Assembly (NCBI GenBank): GCA_963749715.1
Contig: CAVVNR010000016.1
Location: forward strand, 8,245-72,244
Length of the DNA stretch: 64,000 bases
Direction: 5' to 3'
DNA from: an uncultured Alphaproteobacteria bacterium
GTDB lineage: Bacteria > Pseudomonadota > Alphaproteobacteria > Rhizobiales > Beijerinckiaceae
Part shown: positions 51,777-63,403 of the stretch, piece by piece
How the letters are laid out: each line of letters begins with the position of its first letter
Numbering within the stretch: the first letter of the stretch is position 1
Notes under the pieces: generated by a model
Database searches by the model: none
Seen by the model: only the letters and a program-made list of their open reading frames with translations
What the model was told of the DNA's origin: nothing
Translations under genes and position numbers: made by a program

Positions 51777-52568
51777 ATGCCGGCGGCCGGTCCGCTCTAT
51801 TCCGAACTCGTGGGCAGGCGCGCGTTCGTCACCGGCGGCGCGCAAGGCATCGGCCGAGCCATCGCCGCCGCGCTGACTCGATGCGGCGTCCGGACGGCGA
51901 TCGCCGATATCGATGTCGAGGCTGCGCAGCGAGCGGCGCGGGAGATCGGCGGCGGCGCGGTCGCGGTCAAGGTCGACGTGCGCGAGCGCGACTCGGTCGA
52001 GCGCGCGTTCGGAGAGGCGCTGGCGCTGTTGGGCGGCTGCGACATCTGCATCGCGAACGCCGGCGTCTCGACCATGCAGCCGCGCTCGAGCTGACCGATG
52101 CGGAGCTGGGACTTCAATTTCGCGGTCAATGCCCGGGGCGTGTTCCTGACGAATCAGATCGCGGCGCGCCATTTTGTCGCCCAGGCTCAGGGGGCATCTT
52201 CAATACCGCCTCGCTCGCCGCCAAGGTCGGCGCGCCGCTGCTCGCCCATTATTCGGCGTCAGAAATTCGCCGTTCTCGGCTGGACGCAGGCGCTCGCGCG
52301 CGAGCTTGCTCCGCGCGGGATCCGCGTCAACGCCGTGTGCCCGGGCTTCGTCAAAACGGGCATGCAGGCGCGCGAGATCGACTGGGAAGCGCGACTGCGG
52401 GGCGTCTCGCCGGAACGGGTGGTCGACGACTACGTCGCCCAGACGCCCCTCGGGCGGCTCGAACTGCCGGAGGACGTCGCCGACGTGGTGGTGTTCCTAT
52501 GCTCGGACCAGGCGCGCTTCATGACCGGGCAGGGGGTCAACGTCACCGGCGGCGTCTACATGACGTAA
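51777..52568 (+). CDS. SDR-family oxidoreductase with about 4 indels between 52080 and 52265
   Basis: TGGAQGIG, NAGVS, NTASLAA, YSAS(K), VNAVCPG and FMTGQGVNVTGG spread over alternating frames. Confidence 0.82.
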
Positions 52569-52685
52569 GCCCGAGCGCGACTTTGTAGACGCTCTCGCTG
52601 ATCGCGTGAGCCACATACGGCGAACGGGACGCCTGTCCCTCGTTGCACGAATTTTGCGTGCGCGGGGATGAAACCGGAGGCAGCA

Positions 52686-54092
52686 ATGGACCTCGATCTT
52701 GTCATTCGCGGCGGAACCGTCGTGACCGCCGCCGACGTCGGCAAAAGCGACATCGGGGTCAAGGGCGGCCGTATCGCCGCCTTGGCCGACAACCTGCCGC
52801 CCGCCGCCTCCGAGATCGACGCGTCTGGCCTCCTGGTCTTGCCTGGCGGCATCGACAGTCACGTCCATTTCGACCAGCCGATGGGGCCGGGCATCGTGAT
52901 GGCGGACGGATTCGAGAGCGGCACCCGGAGCGCTGCGGCGGGCGGCAACACCACCGTGCTCTCCTTCGCCCTCCAGCCGCGCGGACAGTCCCTGCGCCAG
53001 AGCGTCGAGGACTACCACAAGAAGGCGAAAGGGCGGAGCTACGTCGATTATGGGTTCCACCTTATCGTCACCGATCCGACGCCGGCGGTGCTGGGCCAGG
53101 AGCTGCCGGCGCTGGTCAGCTCGGGCTATCCGTCGTTCAAGGTGTTCATGACCTATGACGATCTGGTCCTGACCGACCGCCAGTTGCTTGAGGTGTTCGC
53201 CGTCGCGCGCGAGCAGGGCGCCCTCGTCATGGTCCATGCCGAAGGCTACGACCAGATCAAGTTCATGACCGACCGGCTCGAGCGCGAAGGCAAGACCCAT
53301 TCCTATTATCACGCGGAATCACGCCCCGAGCTGGTCGAACGCGAGGCGACCCACCGCGCGATCTCCCATGCCGAACTGATCGGCATCCCGATCATGATCG
53401 TGCATGTGTCGGGCCGCGAGGCGATGGAGCAGATCCAATGGGCGCGCGGGCGGGGAATGAAAATCTACGCCGAAACCTGCCCGCAATATCTCGTCTTGAC
53501 CGCCGATGACCTCAAAGGCCTCAACATGGATATGAGCGGCGCCAAATATGTCTGCTCGCCGCCGCCGCGAGACCGCGCCTCGCAGGATGCGATCTGGCGC
53601 GGGCTTGAGGGCGGCGTCTTCCAGACCTTCTCCTCCGACCATTGCCCGTTCCGGTTCGACGACGAGGCCGGCAAGAGCCATCCGAAGGCGCGGACCTCGT
53701 TCCGTTGGGTTCCCAACGGAATTCCGGGCGTCGCCGCGCGGCTGCCGATCCTGTTTTCCGAAGGGGTCGCGAAGGGGCGCATCTCGCTAACGGAGTTCGT
53801 TGCGCTCACTTCAACCAACCACGCCAAGATGTATGGGCTTTATCCGCGAAAAGGCTCGATCATGGTCGGCGCCGACGCCGACATCGCGATCTGGGACCCG
53901 GACAAGAAGGTGACGCTGACCCAGGACCTCATGCAGCACGGCAGCGACTACACCCCCTACGAAGGCATGGAAGTGACCGGCTGGCCGATCAAGACGCTGG
54001 TTCGAGGCAGGCTCATCGCCGAAGACGGGCATATTGTCGGTCAGCCGGGATTCGGCCAGTTCCTGCCGCGAGAAACCACGCAGCGTTCATAA
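52686..54092 (+). CDS. hydA: Dihydropyrimidinase / D-hydantoinase
   Basis: PGGIDSHVH, AAAGGNTT, SFKVFMTY, MVHAE, ETCPQYL, CSPPPR, SSDHCPF and PNGIPG. Confidence 0.9.
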   Translation: MDLDLVIRGGTVVTAADVGKSDIGVKGGRIAALADNLPPAASEIDASGLLVLPGGIDSHVHFDQPMGPGIVMADGFESGTRSAAAGGNTTVLSFALQPRGQSLRQSVEDYHKKAKGRSYVDYGFHLIVTDPTPAVLGQELPALVSSGYPSFKVFMTYDDLVLTDRQLLEVFAVAREQGALVMVHAEGYDQIKFMTDRLEREGKTHSYYHAESRPELVEREATHRAISHAELIGIPIMIVHVSGREAMEQIQWARGRGMKIYAETCPQYLVLTADDLKGLNMDMSGAKYVCSPPPRDRASQDAIWRGLEGGVFQTFSSDHCPFRFDDEAGKSHPKARTSFRWVPNGIPGVAARLPILFSEGVAKGRISLTEFVALTSTNHAKMYGLYPRKGSIMVGADADIAIWDPDKKVTLTQDLMQHGSDYTPYEGMEVTGWPIKTLVRGRLIAEDGHIVGQPGFGQFLPRETTQRS

Positions 54093-54215
54093 GCGACGCG
54101 GCTGAATCGAGCGAGCGCCTCTTTTCGCCGTCTACGGACTCAAGCGACATCGAGCGCCAGCAGACGATCAGCTTTCGCCTTCGATCAACTCTCGCCGATG
54201 GCGATCCCGCCTGGG

Positions 54216-56039
54216 TCAGGCGCCGTCGCCCTGGTTGGGCGTTGCGGCGCCCGCGGAGCGCATATGCGCCGGGCCCTGCGCGTTCGCCAGGTTGTGGGCT
54301 GAATTGATGAGCGCGAGGTGAGAAAACGCCTGCGGGAAATTGCCAAGCTGGATTCGGTCGTGCGGATCGTATTCCTCAGCCAGCAGTCCAACGTCGTTGC
54401 GCAAGGCCAAAAGGCGCTCGAACAGCTCGCGCGCCTCGTCGTAGCGGCCGAGGAGAACATAGTTGTCCACCAGCCAAAAGCTGCACGCCAGAAAGGCGCC
54501 CTCTCCCCGCGGCAGGCCGTCAACTCCTTCTCCGGTATCGTACCTCAGCACCAGCCCGTCACGGATGAGCGTGCGCTCGATAGCGGCGACGGTGCCGCTG
54601 ACGCGAGGGTCGTCAGGCGGCAAAAAGCCGACCAGCGGCGCCAGAAGAAGACTGGCGTCCAGAGTTGTCGACCCAAACGATTGCACGAATGCATTCTGCT
54701 TCGGGTCGAAGCCATGTTCGCAAACCTCCCGATGGATCGCCGAGCGGACGCTTCGCCACCGTTCGAGCGGGCCCTCGAGCCCAAACTCCTCGATCGAACG
54801 GACCGCGCGATCGAACGCCACCCAGGCCATGACCTTGGAGTGGGTGAAGTGCCTGGCGCCGCCGCGCACTTCCCAAATGCCTTCATCGGGCTCGCGCCAG
54901 ATCGTCTCAAGGTGGGTGACGAGCGCGACCTCCAGCGCCCAGGTCGCCTCGCTGGTCGCGAGGCCCGCGCGACGGGCGAGATAGAAGGCGTCGAGCACTT
55001 CGCCGTAGATATCGAGCTGCCGCTGGCCGACCGCCGCGTTGCCGACTGCGAACCGGAGAGGAGCCCGCGTAACCCGGCAGCCATGGAATCTCGGATTCGT
55101 CGAGCCGCCGCTCGCCGCCGACACCATAGATGGTCTGCAGGTCGTCGGGGCGCCGGCCACAGCCCGAAGAAGCCATTCATGCCAGGCCTTCGCCTCGTCG
55201 AGAAACCCTGCGCCGATCAGCGCATAGAGGGTGAAGGTCGCATCCCTGAGCCAGCAGAATCGATAGTCCCAGTTGCGCGGGCCTCCGAGCTGTTCGGGCA
55301 GGGACGTCGTGCCTGCGGCGATGATCCCGCCGGTCTCCCAGTGGGCGAGCGCCTTCAACGTCAGAAGCGAACGGAGGACTGCGTCGGCCCAATGTTCCGG
55401 AGGCGTGAATTGCTGAGCCCAGCCGCACCAGAAAGACTCCACCTCTTCCAATGCCTTCCCAGCCTGGAGCGGCGGCGGCGGCGGTCGATACGATGGCGAC
55501 CAATTGAGAACAAAGGATACTTCCTGACCTGCCGTGACCGTGAACTCCCCAACCGTGCGAAGGTCCTCGCCACGCAGCGACAAAGCTGTATCGAGCAAAA
55601 GCCGATCAGGACCTGCGATGAACTGAAGCCTCCCATCCTCCTGGCGAGAGACCCATGGAAGGACGGAGCCGTAGTCGAACCGGACGATGAGCTCCGTTTG
55701 CATCGCGACCTCGCCCTCGAGGCCTCGGACCAGACGCACAAGGTCGGCGCATCCGTCGCGCCGACTCATGAAATCAGTCAAAGAGACCACGCCGAGCGCG
55801 CTCGTGAAGACCGTTTCGAGAATGAGGGTGTTGGCGCGATAGCGTCGCGTGACCTGTGCGTCGCCGGCAGTCGCCGCAATGAGCCATCGCCCGTGCGTCG
55901 GCTGGCCGAGCAGGGCGGAGAAACAGGCAGCGCTGTCGAAACGCGGCAATCCCAGCCAGTCTATCGAGCCGTCGCGGCCCACCAGAGCGAGCGTCTCGCA
56001 ATTTCCGATGACGGCGTAGTCCTCGATGCGATTTGGCAT
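54216..56039 (-). CDS. GH15 glucoamylase/trehalase-like hydrolase, compensating frameshifts (~55150, ~55050)
   Basis: IEDYAVIGN, PRFDS, TTSLPE..GG.RNWDYRFCWLRD, IWEVRG, EGAFLACSFW, LLAEEYD and GNFPQAFSH. The missing DLQTIYGVGGERRL..LPGY segment is in an alternate frame. Confidence 0.9.
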   Translation of the reverse strand: MPNRIEDYAVIGNCETLALVGRDGSIDWLGLPRFDSAACFSALLGQPTHGRWLIAATAGDAQVTRRYRANTLILETVFTSALGVVSLTDFMSRRDGCADLVRLVRGLEGEVAMQTELIVRFDYGSVLPWVSRQEDGRLQFIAGPDRLLLDTALSLRGEDLRTVGEFTVTAGQEVSFVLNWSPSYRPPPPPLQAGKALEEVESFWCGWAQQFTPPEHWADAVLRSLLTLKALAHWETGGIIAAGTTSLPEQLGGPRNWDYRFCWLRDATFTLYALIGAGFLDEAKAWHEWLLRAVAGAPTTCRPSMVSAASGGSTNPRFHGCRVTRAPLRFAVGNAAVGQRQLDIYGEVLDAFYLARRAGLATSEATWALEVALVTHLETIWREPDEGIWEVRGGARHFTHSKVMAWVAFDRAVRSIEEFGLEGPLERWRSVRSAIHREVCEHGFDPKQNAFVQSFGSTTLDASLLLAPLVGFLPPDDPRVSGTVAAIERTLIRDGLVLRYDTGEGVDGLPRGEGAFLACSFWLVDNYVLLGRYDEARELFERLLALRNDVGLLAEEYDPHDRIQLGNFPQAFSHLALINSAHNLANAQGPAHMRSAGAATPNQGDGA

Positions 56040-56188
56040 CCAGAAACTCAAAGACGTGCGAGAGGGCGAGAACAGGGTCCTATTTGACGCTTGGCGCCGA
56101 CATTGTCGACCAATTATGTTCAAACGGGCGCTCGGCGTCCGGCCTTAGGAGCGTGTTGCAATTGGTGTGCGCGGTTCGCTCCACCTCG

Positions 56189-56306
56189 CCCTCATCCTGA
56201 GCCGGCGGCGCAGCCGCCGTGTTGAGGGCGGTCCGGCGCGCGCCCAACCGCGCCACTTGCTGGAGCGTCCTTCGAGACGCGCCTTCGGCGCTCCTCAGGA
56301 CGAGGG
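56189..56306. repeat. REP-like element (CCTCATCCTGAG family)
   Basis: Arms CCCTCATCCTGAG and CTCAGGACGAGGG, with internal TCCTTCGAGACGCGCCTTCGGCGCTCC. Confidence 0.75.
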
Positions 56307-56338
56307 GGTGAAGCGATTCCATCAAGCCGCGACGGCCT

Positions 56339-57175
56339 CTAGCGTCGGCTAACCCCTGGCGCATCGTCAGCCGCCGGGCGTTCGGGCTTCCGCCGCGCGG
56401 CGATCATTTCGGCCAGAATCGAAAGCGCGATCTCGTCCGACGAGATGGCGGAGATGTCGAGCCCGGCGGGCGCCTTGATCGCGGCCAGCGCCTCTGCCGA
56501 AACGCCTCCCTCGGCGAGTTCGCGTTTCAGCGTCTCGGCCTTGCGGCGCGAGCCGACGAAGGCGCGATAGCGCGCCTCCATCGCGGCCGCGCTTTTGAGC
56601 GCGGCGCGGTCGCCAGCGCCTTGAGTCGAAACGACGACGAAAGCGTTCTCGCCCGCCTCGGGCGGCGGCGCGAAGCCCACGAGGCGGCGAACGCCGGGAT
56701 CGAATTGTTCGTGCTCTTCCGGCGCCGCCGCGACGGCGACGTCGAAGCCCATCGATGGGGCAAGCTTCGCGAGCGCGACCGCAACCGGCGAAGCGCCAAG
56801 GATCAGGAGGCGCGGACTGGGAAGAACCGGCTCGACGAAAATGTCCATCGTTCCCTGGCTCGGGCAGGAATTCTTGGCGTAGAAGACCCCGCCGCGCTCC
56901 TCGCCCGCCGCCGCGCCGAGCCCGGCCAGCGCATCTTTGGGCGCAATCGACACCAGACGCGAGCGGCCGTCAGCCATGCACTGGCGCGCCGCCTTGACGA
57001 CCGCGGCGCGGGCGCAGCCGCCGCCGATCCAGCCTTCCTCGATCGAACCGTCCGGGCCGATCAGGGCCTTCGCGCCCGCCTTGGCTGCGGTGACGGAGAC
57101 GGTGCGAACGACGGTGGCGAGCGCGAAGGCCTGGCCTTTCGCCTGCCGCTGCGCCGCCTGTTCGAGCACGCCCAT
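56339..57175 (-). CDS. coxF: XdhC/CoxF-family Mo-cofactor maturation protein
   Basis: FALATVVRT..TAAKAGAKA, GWIGGGCA, CPSQGTMDIFVEP, FVGSRRK, APAGLDI and EIALSILAE. Confidence 0.85.
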   Translation of the reverse strand: MGVLEQAAQRQAKGQAFALATVVRTVSVTAAKAGAKALIGPDGSIEEGWIGGGCARAAVVKAARQCMADGRSRLVSIAPKDALAGLGAAAGEERGGVFYAKNSCPSQGTMDIFVEPVLPSPRLLILGASPVAVALAKLAPSMGFDVAVAAAPEEHEQFDPGVRRLVGFAPPPEAGENAFVVVSTQGAGDRAALKSAAAMEARYRAFVGSRRKAETLKRELAEGGVSAEALAAIKAPAGLDISAISSDEIALSILAEMIAARRKPERPAADDAPGVSRR

Positions 57176-57180
57176 GGGGA

Positions 57181-58374
57181 TCAAATCCTCGCCAGATAAG
57201 GTTCGAGCGCGGCCAGGCTCTCGAGGCTGTGGGCGGGAGCGAACAGGTCGAGATAGGGCAGCGCCGCCCGCATGCCGCGCGAGCTGGGCTCGAAGCCCTC
57301 TCGGCCGGTCAGCGGATTGAGCCAGACGATGCGCTTGCAGCGCCGTCTCAGATCGCGCATCGCCGCGGCCAATTGCTCGGGCGGGCCGGTGTCGTAGCCG
57401 TCGGACAGGATCATCACGCAGGTGCGCGAACGGATGACGCTGCGCGCGTGCCTGCGGTTGAAGGCGGTCAGGCATTCGCCGATTTTCGTTCCCCCGCCGA
57501 CCCCGGCCGCCATCAACGCCAGGCGGTCGAGGGCGCGAGCTGGATTGCGCTCCTTCAACGCCGATGAGACATGCGCGAGCCTGGTATGAAACAAAAACGC
57601 TTCGGACTCGCGAAAGACCTGAGTGACGGCGTGCAGGAAGCGGCTGAAGAACGCGACATAAGGCTCCATCGAGCCGGAGGCGTCGAGCAACGCCACAAGT
57701 CTCAGCGGCTTTATCTTGCGCCGCCGGAACTTGAGGTCGAGCGGCTCGCCGCCGTGAGCGACGCTGAGGCGGATCGTCGCCCTGAGGTCGAGTCGCCGCC
57801 CCCGCCGGCGCGCGCGCTCACGCCGAGTGAGCCTCGCCCGCATCGCGCGGGCGAACCGCTCGGCGATCTCGGCGGCTTCGGCGCGCTCCCGCTCGCCCAC
57901 GAATGCGGCGATGTCCTTCTTCGACATCGCCTCATGCGCGGACGCGCCGCCACGCCGTCCGCCGCCCTCCGCGGCGGCGTCCTCGCGTCCGCGGGCGCCG
58001 CCGATGTGGGTCGGATCCTGCTTCGGACCGTTCGAGCCTGGACCATGCTGGAAGCGCCGGGGCGAGCGGGCGGCGAGCGCCTCGGCGTCTATCCTTACCG
58101 CGTGCTTGACGCCGCGCGCGCGCCAGAAGGCGTCGAACAGCTCGTCGAACCGCGCGAGGTCCGAGCGGCGCGAGGCGAACAAGGCCCGCATCGCGGCGCG
58201 CAAGCCCTCGGGCCGGTCGGCGAGCGGGCCGGCCATCAGCCGAGCCGCGTCCTGCGCTTCCGCCTGTCCGATGACGAAGCCCGCATCGCGCAAGGTGACG
58301 ACAAACCCAGCGAGGCGCCGGCGCATCGCCGGACCCGGCCCGGGGCCTTCGACTGCGAAGGCATGGGCGCCCAT
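57181..58374 (-). CDS. coxE: vWA-domain CoxE protein
   Basis: FDELFDAFW, LDLRATIR, LLDASGSM, EAFLFHTRL, GGGTKIG, ILSDGYDTG and WLNP. ATG in a GTGATG junction at 58374. Confidence 0.88.
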   Translation of the reverse strand: MGAHAFAVEGPGPGPAMRRRLAGFVVTLRDAGFVIGQAEAQDAARLMAGPLADRPEGLRAAMRALFASRRSDLARFDELFDAFWRARGVKHAVRIDAEALAARSPRRFQHGPGSNGPKQDPTHIGGARGREDAAAEGGGRRGGASAHEAMSKKDIAAFVGERERAEAAEIAERFARAMRARLTRRERARRRGRRLDLRATIRLSVAHGGEPLDLKFRRRKIKPLRLVALLDASGSMEPYVAFFSRFLHAVTQVFRESEAFLFHTRLAHVSSALKERNPARALDRLALMAAGVGGGTKIGECLTAFNRRHARSVIRSRTCVMILSDGYDTGPPEQLAAAMRDLRRRCKRIVWLNPLTGREGFEPSSRGMRAALPYLDLFAPAHSLESLAALEPYLARI

Positions 58375-59265
58375 CACGCCACCTTGCCGACGAGCCGGCT
58401 CGTCGTCTCCGGGCCGATCGCGGCGCGGTCCTCGCGGGTCTTCAAGAGCGCGATCAGCGTCGCGTGAACGATCTCGGGCTCCTTGTCGCAGATCCTCGAC
58501 CCCGAGCCCGGCGAGGGTCGCGGCCCAGTCGAGCGTCTCGGCGACGCCAGGAACCTTCTTCAGGTCCTCCTTCCGCAGCAAACCGACCATGCGGGCGATC
58601 TGCACGGCAAAATTGGCGTCAAGCCCGGGCTGGCGGGTCAGGAGAATCGCCGCTTCGCGATCGACGTCGGGAAAATCGAGATAGTGATAGAGGCAGCGGC
58701 GGCGCAGCGCATCGGAAAGCTCGCGAGTGGCGTTGGAGGTCAGCACCACGCGCGGGATCGAGAGCGCCGTGATGACGCCGAATTCGGGAATGGTGACCTG
58801 GAAGTCCGACAGGAGCTCGAGCAGGAAGGCCTCGAATTCCTCGTCGGCGCGGTCGACCTCGTCGACCAGCAGCACCGGCGGCGTCTGGCGCCGGATGGCG
58901 CTGAGGAGCGGCCGCTCGAGCAGATAGTCCTCGGAGAAAATGCGCGCCTCGATCTCGGCGACGCTCGCGCCGGAGCCCTCGCGCGTCTTGATCGCCAGGA
59001 GCTGGCGCTGGTAGTTCCATTCGTAGAGGGCGGAGCTGACGTCGAGCCCCTCGTAGCACTGCATCCGGATGAGCTTCGACCCATGCACGGCCGCGAGCGC
59101 CTTTGCGACTTCGGTCTTGCCGACTTCCGCCTCGCCCTCGATCAGGAGCGGACGCTTGAGGGCGTCCATCATCCACAGCGCGGTCGCCAGATCGCGGTCG
59201 GCGACATATCCGACCTCGGCCAGACGCGCGGCGATCGCCTCGCGCGGGATGGGCGCGCTAGGCAT
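58374..59265 (-). CDS. coxD: MoxR-type AAA+ ATPase CoxD, frameshift near 58485
   Basis: LLIEGEAEVGKT, QCYEGLD, YEWNY, LVDEVDRADEEFEAFLLE, RELSDALRRRC and KVPGVAETLDW. The true C-terminus LLKTREDR...KVA* is in another frame. Confidence 0.88.
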
Positions 59266-59269
59266 GCTG

Positions 59270-59389
59270 GCCCCCCTCTCCCGCGTCTCGGGAGAGGACC
59301 GGGGTGAGGGTTTTTGTCGCGAGGCTCGTCACTTCACAGACCCTCATCCGGCGTTTCACGCCACCTTCTCCCGCAAGCGGGAGAACGGT
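59270..59389. repeat. REP-like element between coxL and coxD
   Basis: CCCCTCTCCCGCGTCTCGGGAGAGG..GGGGTGAGGG and ACCCTCATCCGGCGTTTCACGCCACCTTCTCCCGCAAGCGGGAGAA hairpins. Confidence 0.8.
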
Positions 59390-61809
<2,420 letters not shown>

Positions 61810-61813
<4 letters not shown>

Positions 61814-62310
61814 TCCGCGGCTTCCTTGAATTCGAGGCCGGCCATCTTGGCGGCGGCGTATTGAATGGCTTTGACGATGTTCTGGTATCCGGTGCAGCGG
61901 CAGAGATTGCCGGAGATGCCGATGCGGATTTCGCTCTCGGACGGGTTCGGGTTCTCCTGCAGGAGCCGATAGGCGCGCATGATCATGCCCGGAGTGCAAT
62001 AGCCGCATTGAAGGCCATGCATCTCGCGAAACCCCTCCTGCAGCGCGCTGAGCTTGCCGTCGGCTCCGGCCATGCCCTCGATGGTGAGCACGGACGCGCC
62101 GGCCGCCTGGACGGCGAACATGGTGCAGGACTTCACCGATCGGCCATCGACGTCGACCGTGCAGGCGCCGCAATGGGACGTGTCGCAACCGATGTGCGAG
62201 CCCGTGAGGCCCAGATTCTCGCGCAGGAAATGAATGAGCAAGGTGCGCGGCTCGACCGCCGCCGACATTGTCTTGCCGTTGATCGTCATACTGACATTGG
62301 TGAGGGACAT
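61810..62310 (-). CDS. coxS: CO dehydrogenase small (2Fe-2S) subunit
   Basis: [20 protein letters not shown] and GNLCRCTGY. Confidence 0.95.
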
Positions 62311-62321
62311 GTCGGGCCCTT

Positions 62322-63188
62322 TCAGGATGTTGCGCGAGCGAACGCGCGGAGAAGCGCCCTCGCGGTCATGACGCCGGCCATCTTGGCGCGATACTCGGCC
62401 GAGCCGCGTCCGTCCGCGGCCGGCGAAGCGGCGGCCGTTGCGGCGGCGGCGGCGCGCGCCAGCGCCTGCTTGTCGAGCGCGGAGCCGACAACCGCGGCGG
62501 CCGCTTCGCTCGCGAGCAGCGGGGTCCCGGCGACATTGGTGAGGCCGATCGCGCAGGTCGCGATCCGCCCGCCGGAAACGGTCAGGATCACCGCGGCGGC
62601 GGCGGTCGCGTAATCGCCGACCTTGCGCTTGAGCTTCTCATAGGCCCAGCCGCAACCCGCGGGCGGCTTGGGAACGCGGATCGCGGCAAGGACCTCCCCC
62701 GGCTTGGCCGCGGTCTCGTAGAGGGCGAGGTAATAGTCGCGCGCCGGCACGCGGCGCTCGCCGTCCGGGCCGCGCAAGGCATAGGTTGCGCCGAGCGCCA
62801 TCATCAGCGCGGGCATGTCGTTGCCTGGGTCGCCATTGGCGACGTTGCCGCCGACGGTGCCGACGTAGCGGACTTGCGGATCGGCGATCACCTCGGCGGT
62901 TTCGCGCAAGATCGGAGCATGCTCGGCGACGAGGCCGCTCACGATGATTTCGCGCTGCGTGGTCATCGCGCCGATCACGATTTCGTCGCCTTCCAGGCGG
63001 ACGCCTTTCAGCTCGGCGACGCCTGCAAGGTCGACGAGATGGGTCGGCATGGCCAGGCGCAGCTTCATCATCGGAATGAGACTGTGGCCGCCGGCGACAA
63101 GGCGAGCGTCGGAATCGAGCCTGCCAAGCAGGGCGACCGCTTCCGAGACGCTGGCCGGGCGATGATACTCGAACGATCCGGGGATCAA
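62322..63188 (-). CDS. coxM: CO dehydrogenase medium (FAD) subunit
   Basis: [40 protein letters not shown] and [19 protein letters not shown] before TTG. Confidence 0.95.
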   Translation of the reverse strand: MIPGSFEYHRPASVSEAVALLGRLDSDARLVAGGHSLIPMMKLRLAMPTHLVDLAGVAELKGVRLEGDEIVIGAMTTQREIIVSGLVAEHAPILRETAEVIADPQVRYVGTVGGNVANGDPGNDMPALMMALGATYALRGPDGERRVPARDYYLALYETAAKPGEVLAAIRVPKPPAGCGWAYEKLKRKVGDYATAAAAVILTVSGGRIATCAIGLTNVAGTPLLASEAAAAVVGSALDKQALARAAAAATAAASPAADGRGSAEYRAKMAGVMTARALLRAFARATS

Positions 63189-63403
63189 AGCGTCCTCCCT
63201 GCTGTGGCTGTGGTCACGCTGATGCTGTGGCCGCTGACGATCGCGGCGCGGTCAAAGGTTCGCGCGCGCGGCACACGTTCGGTCTGGGTGCGCCGCACAA
63301 TCAATCGCCGATGAACCGGGGCGCAAAAAAGGTCTCCGGCGACGAGTTCCGCGCACGAAATGCGTCAGGAGCTATGACGCATTCCATGGCTTGAGGCCCG
63401 ATT

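Noticed and set aside
51777-55150. Programmed frameshifting in the SDR or GH15 genes
   Set aside because: No slippery heptamers or stimulatory structures were noticed, and paired indels are scattered over many unrelated genes.
54216-56039. GH15 (and GST, PhzF) as horizontally acquired islands
   Set aside because: Codon usage looks slightly less GC-biased, but this could not be quantified, and no integrase, IS, tRNA or flanking direct repeats were seen.
63190-63358. RcoM/LytTR TTnnnG direct repeats upstream of coxM
   Set aside because: Candidate hexamers did not show a consistent 21-bp spacing by eye.
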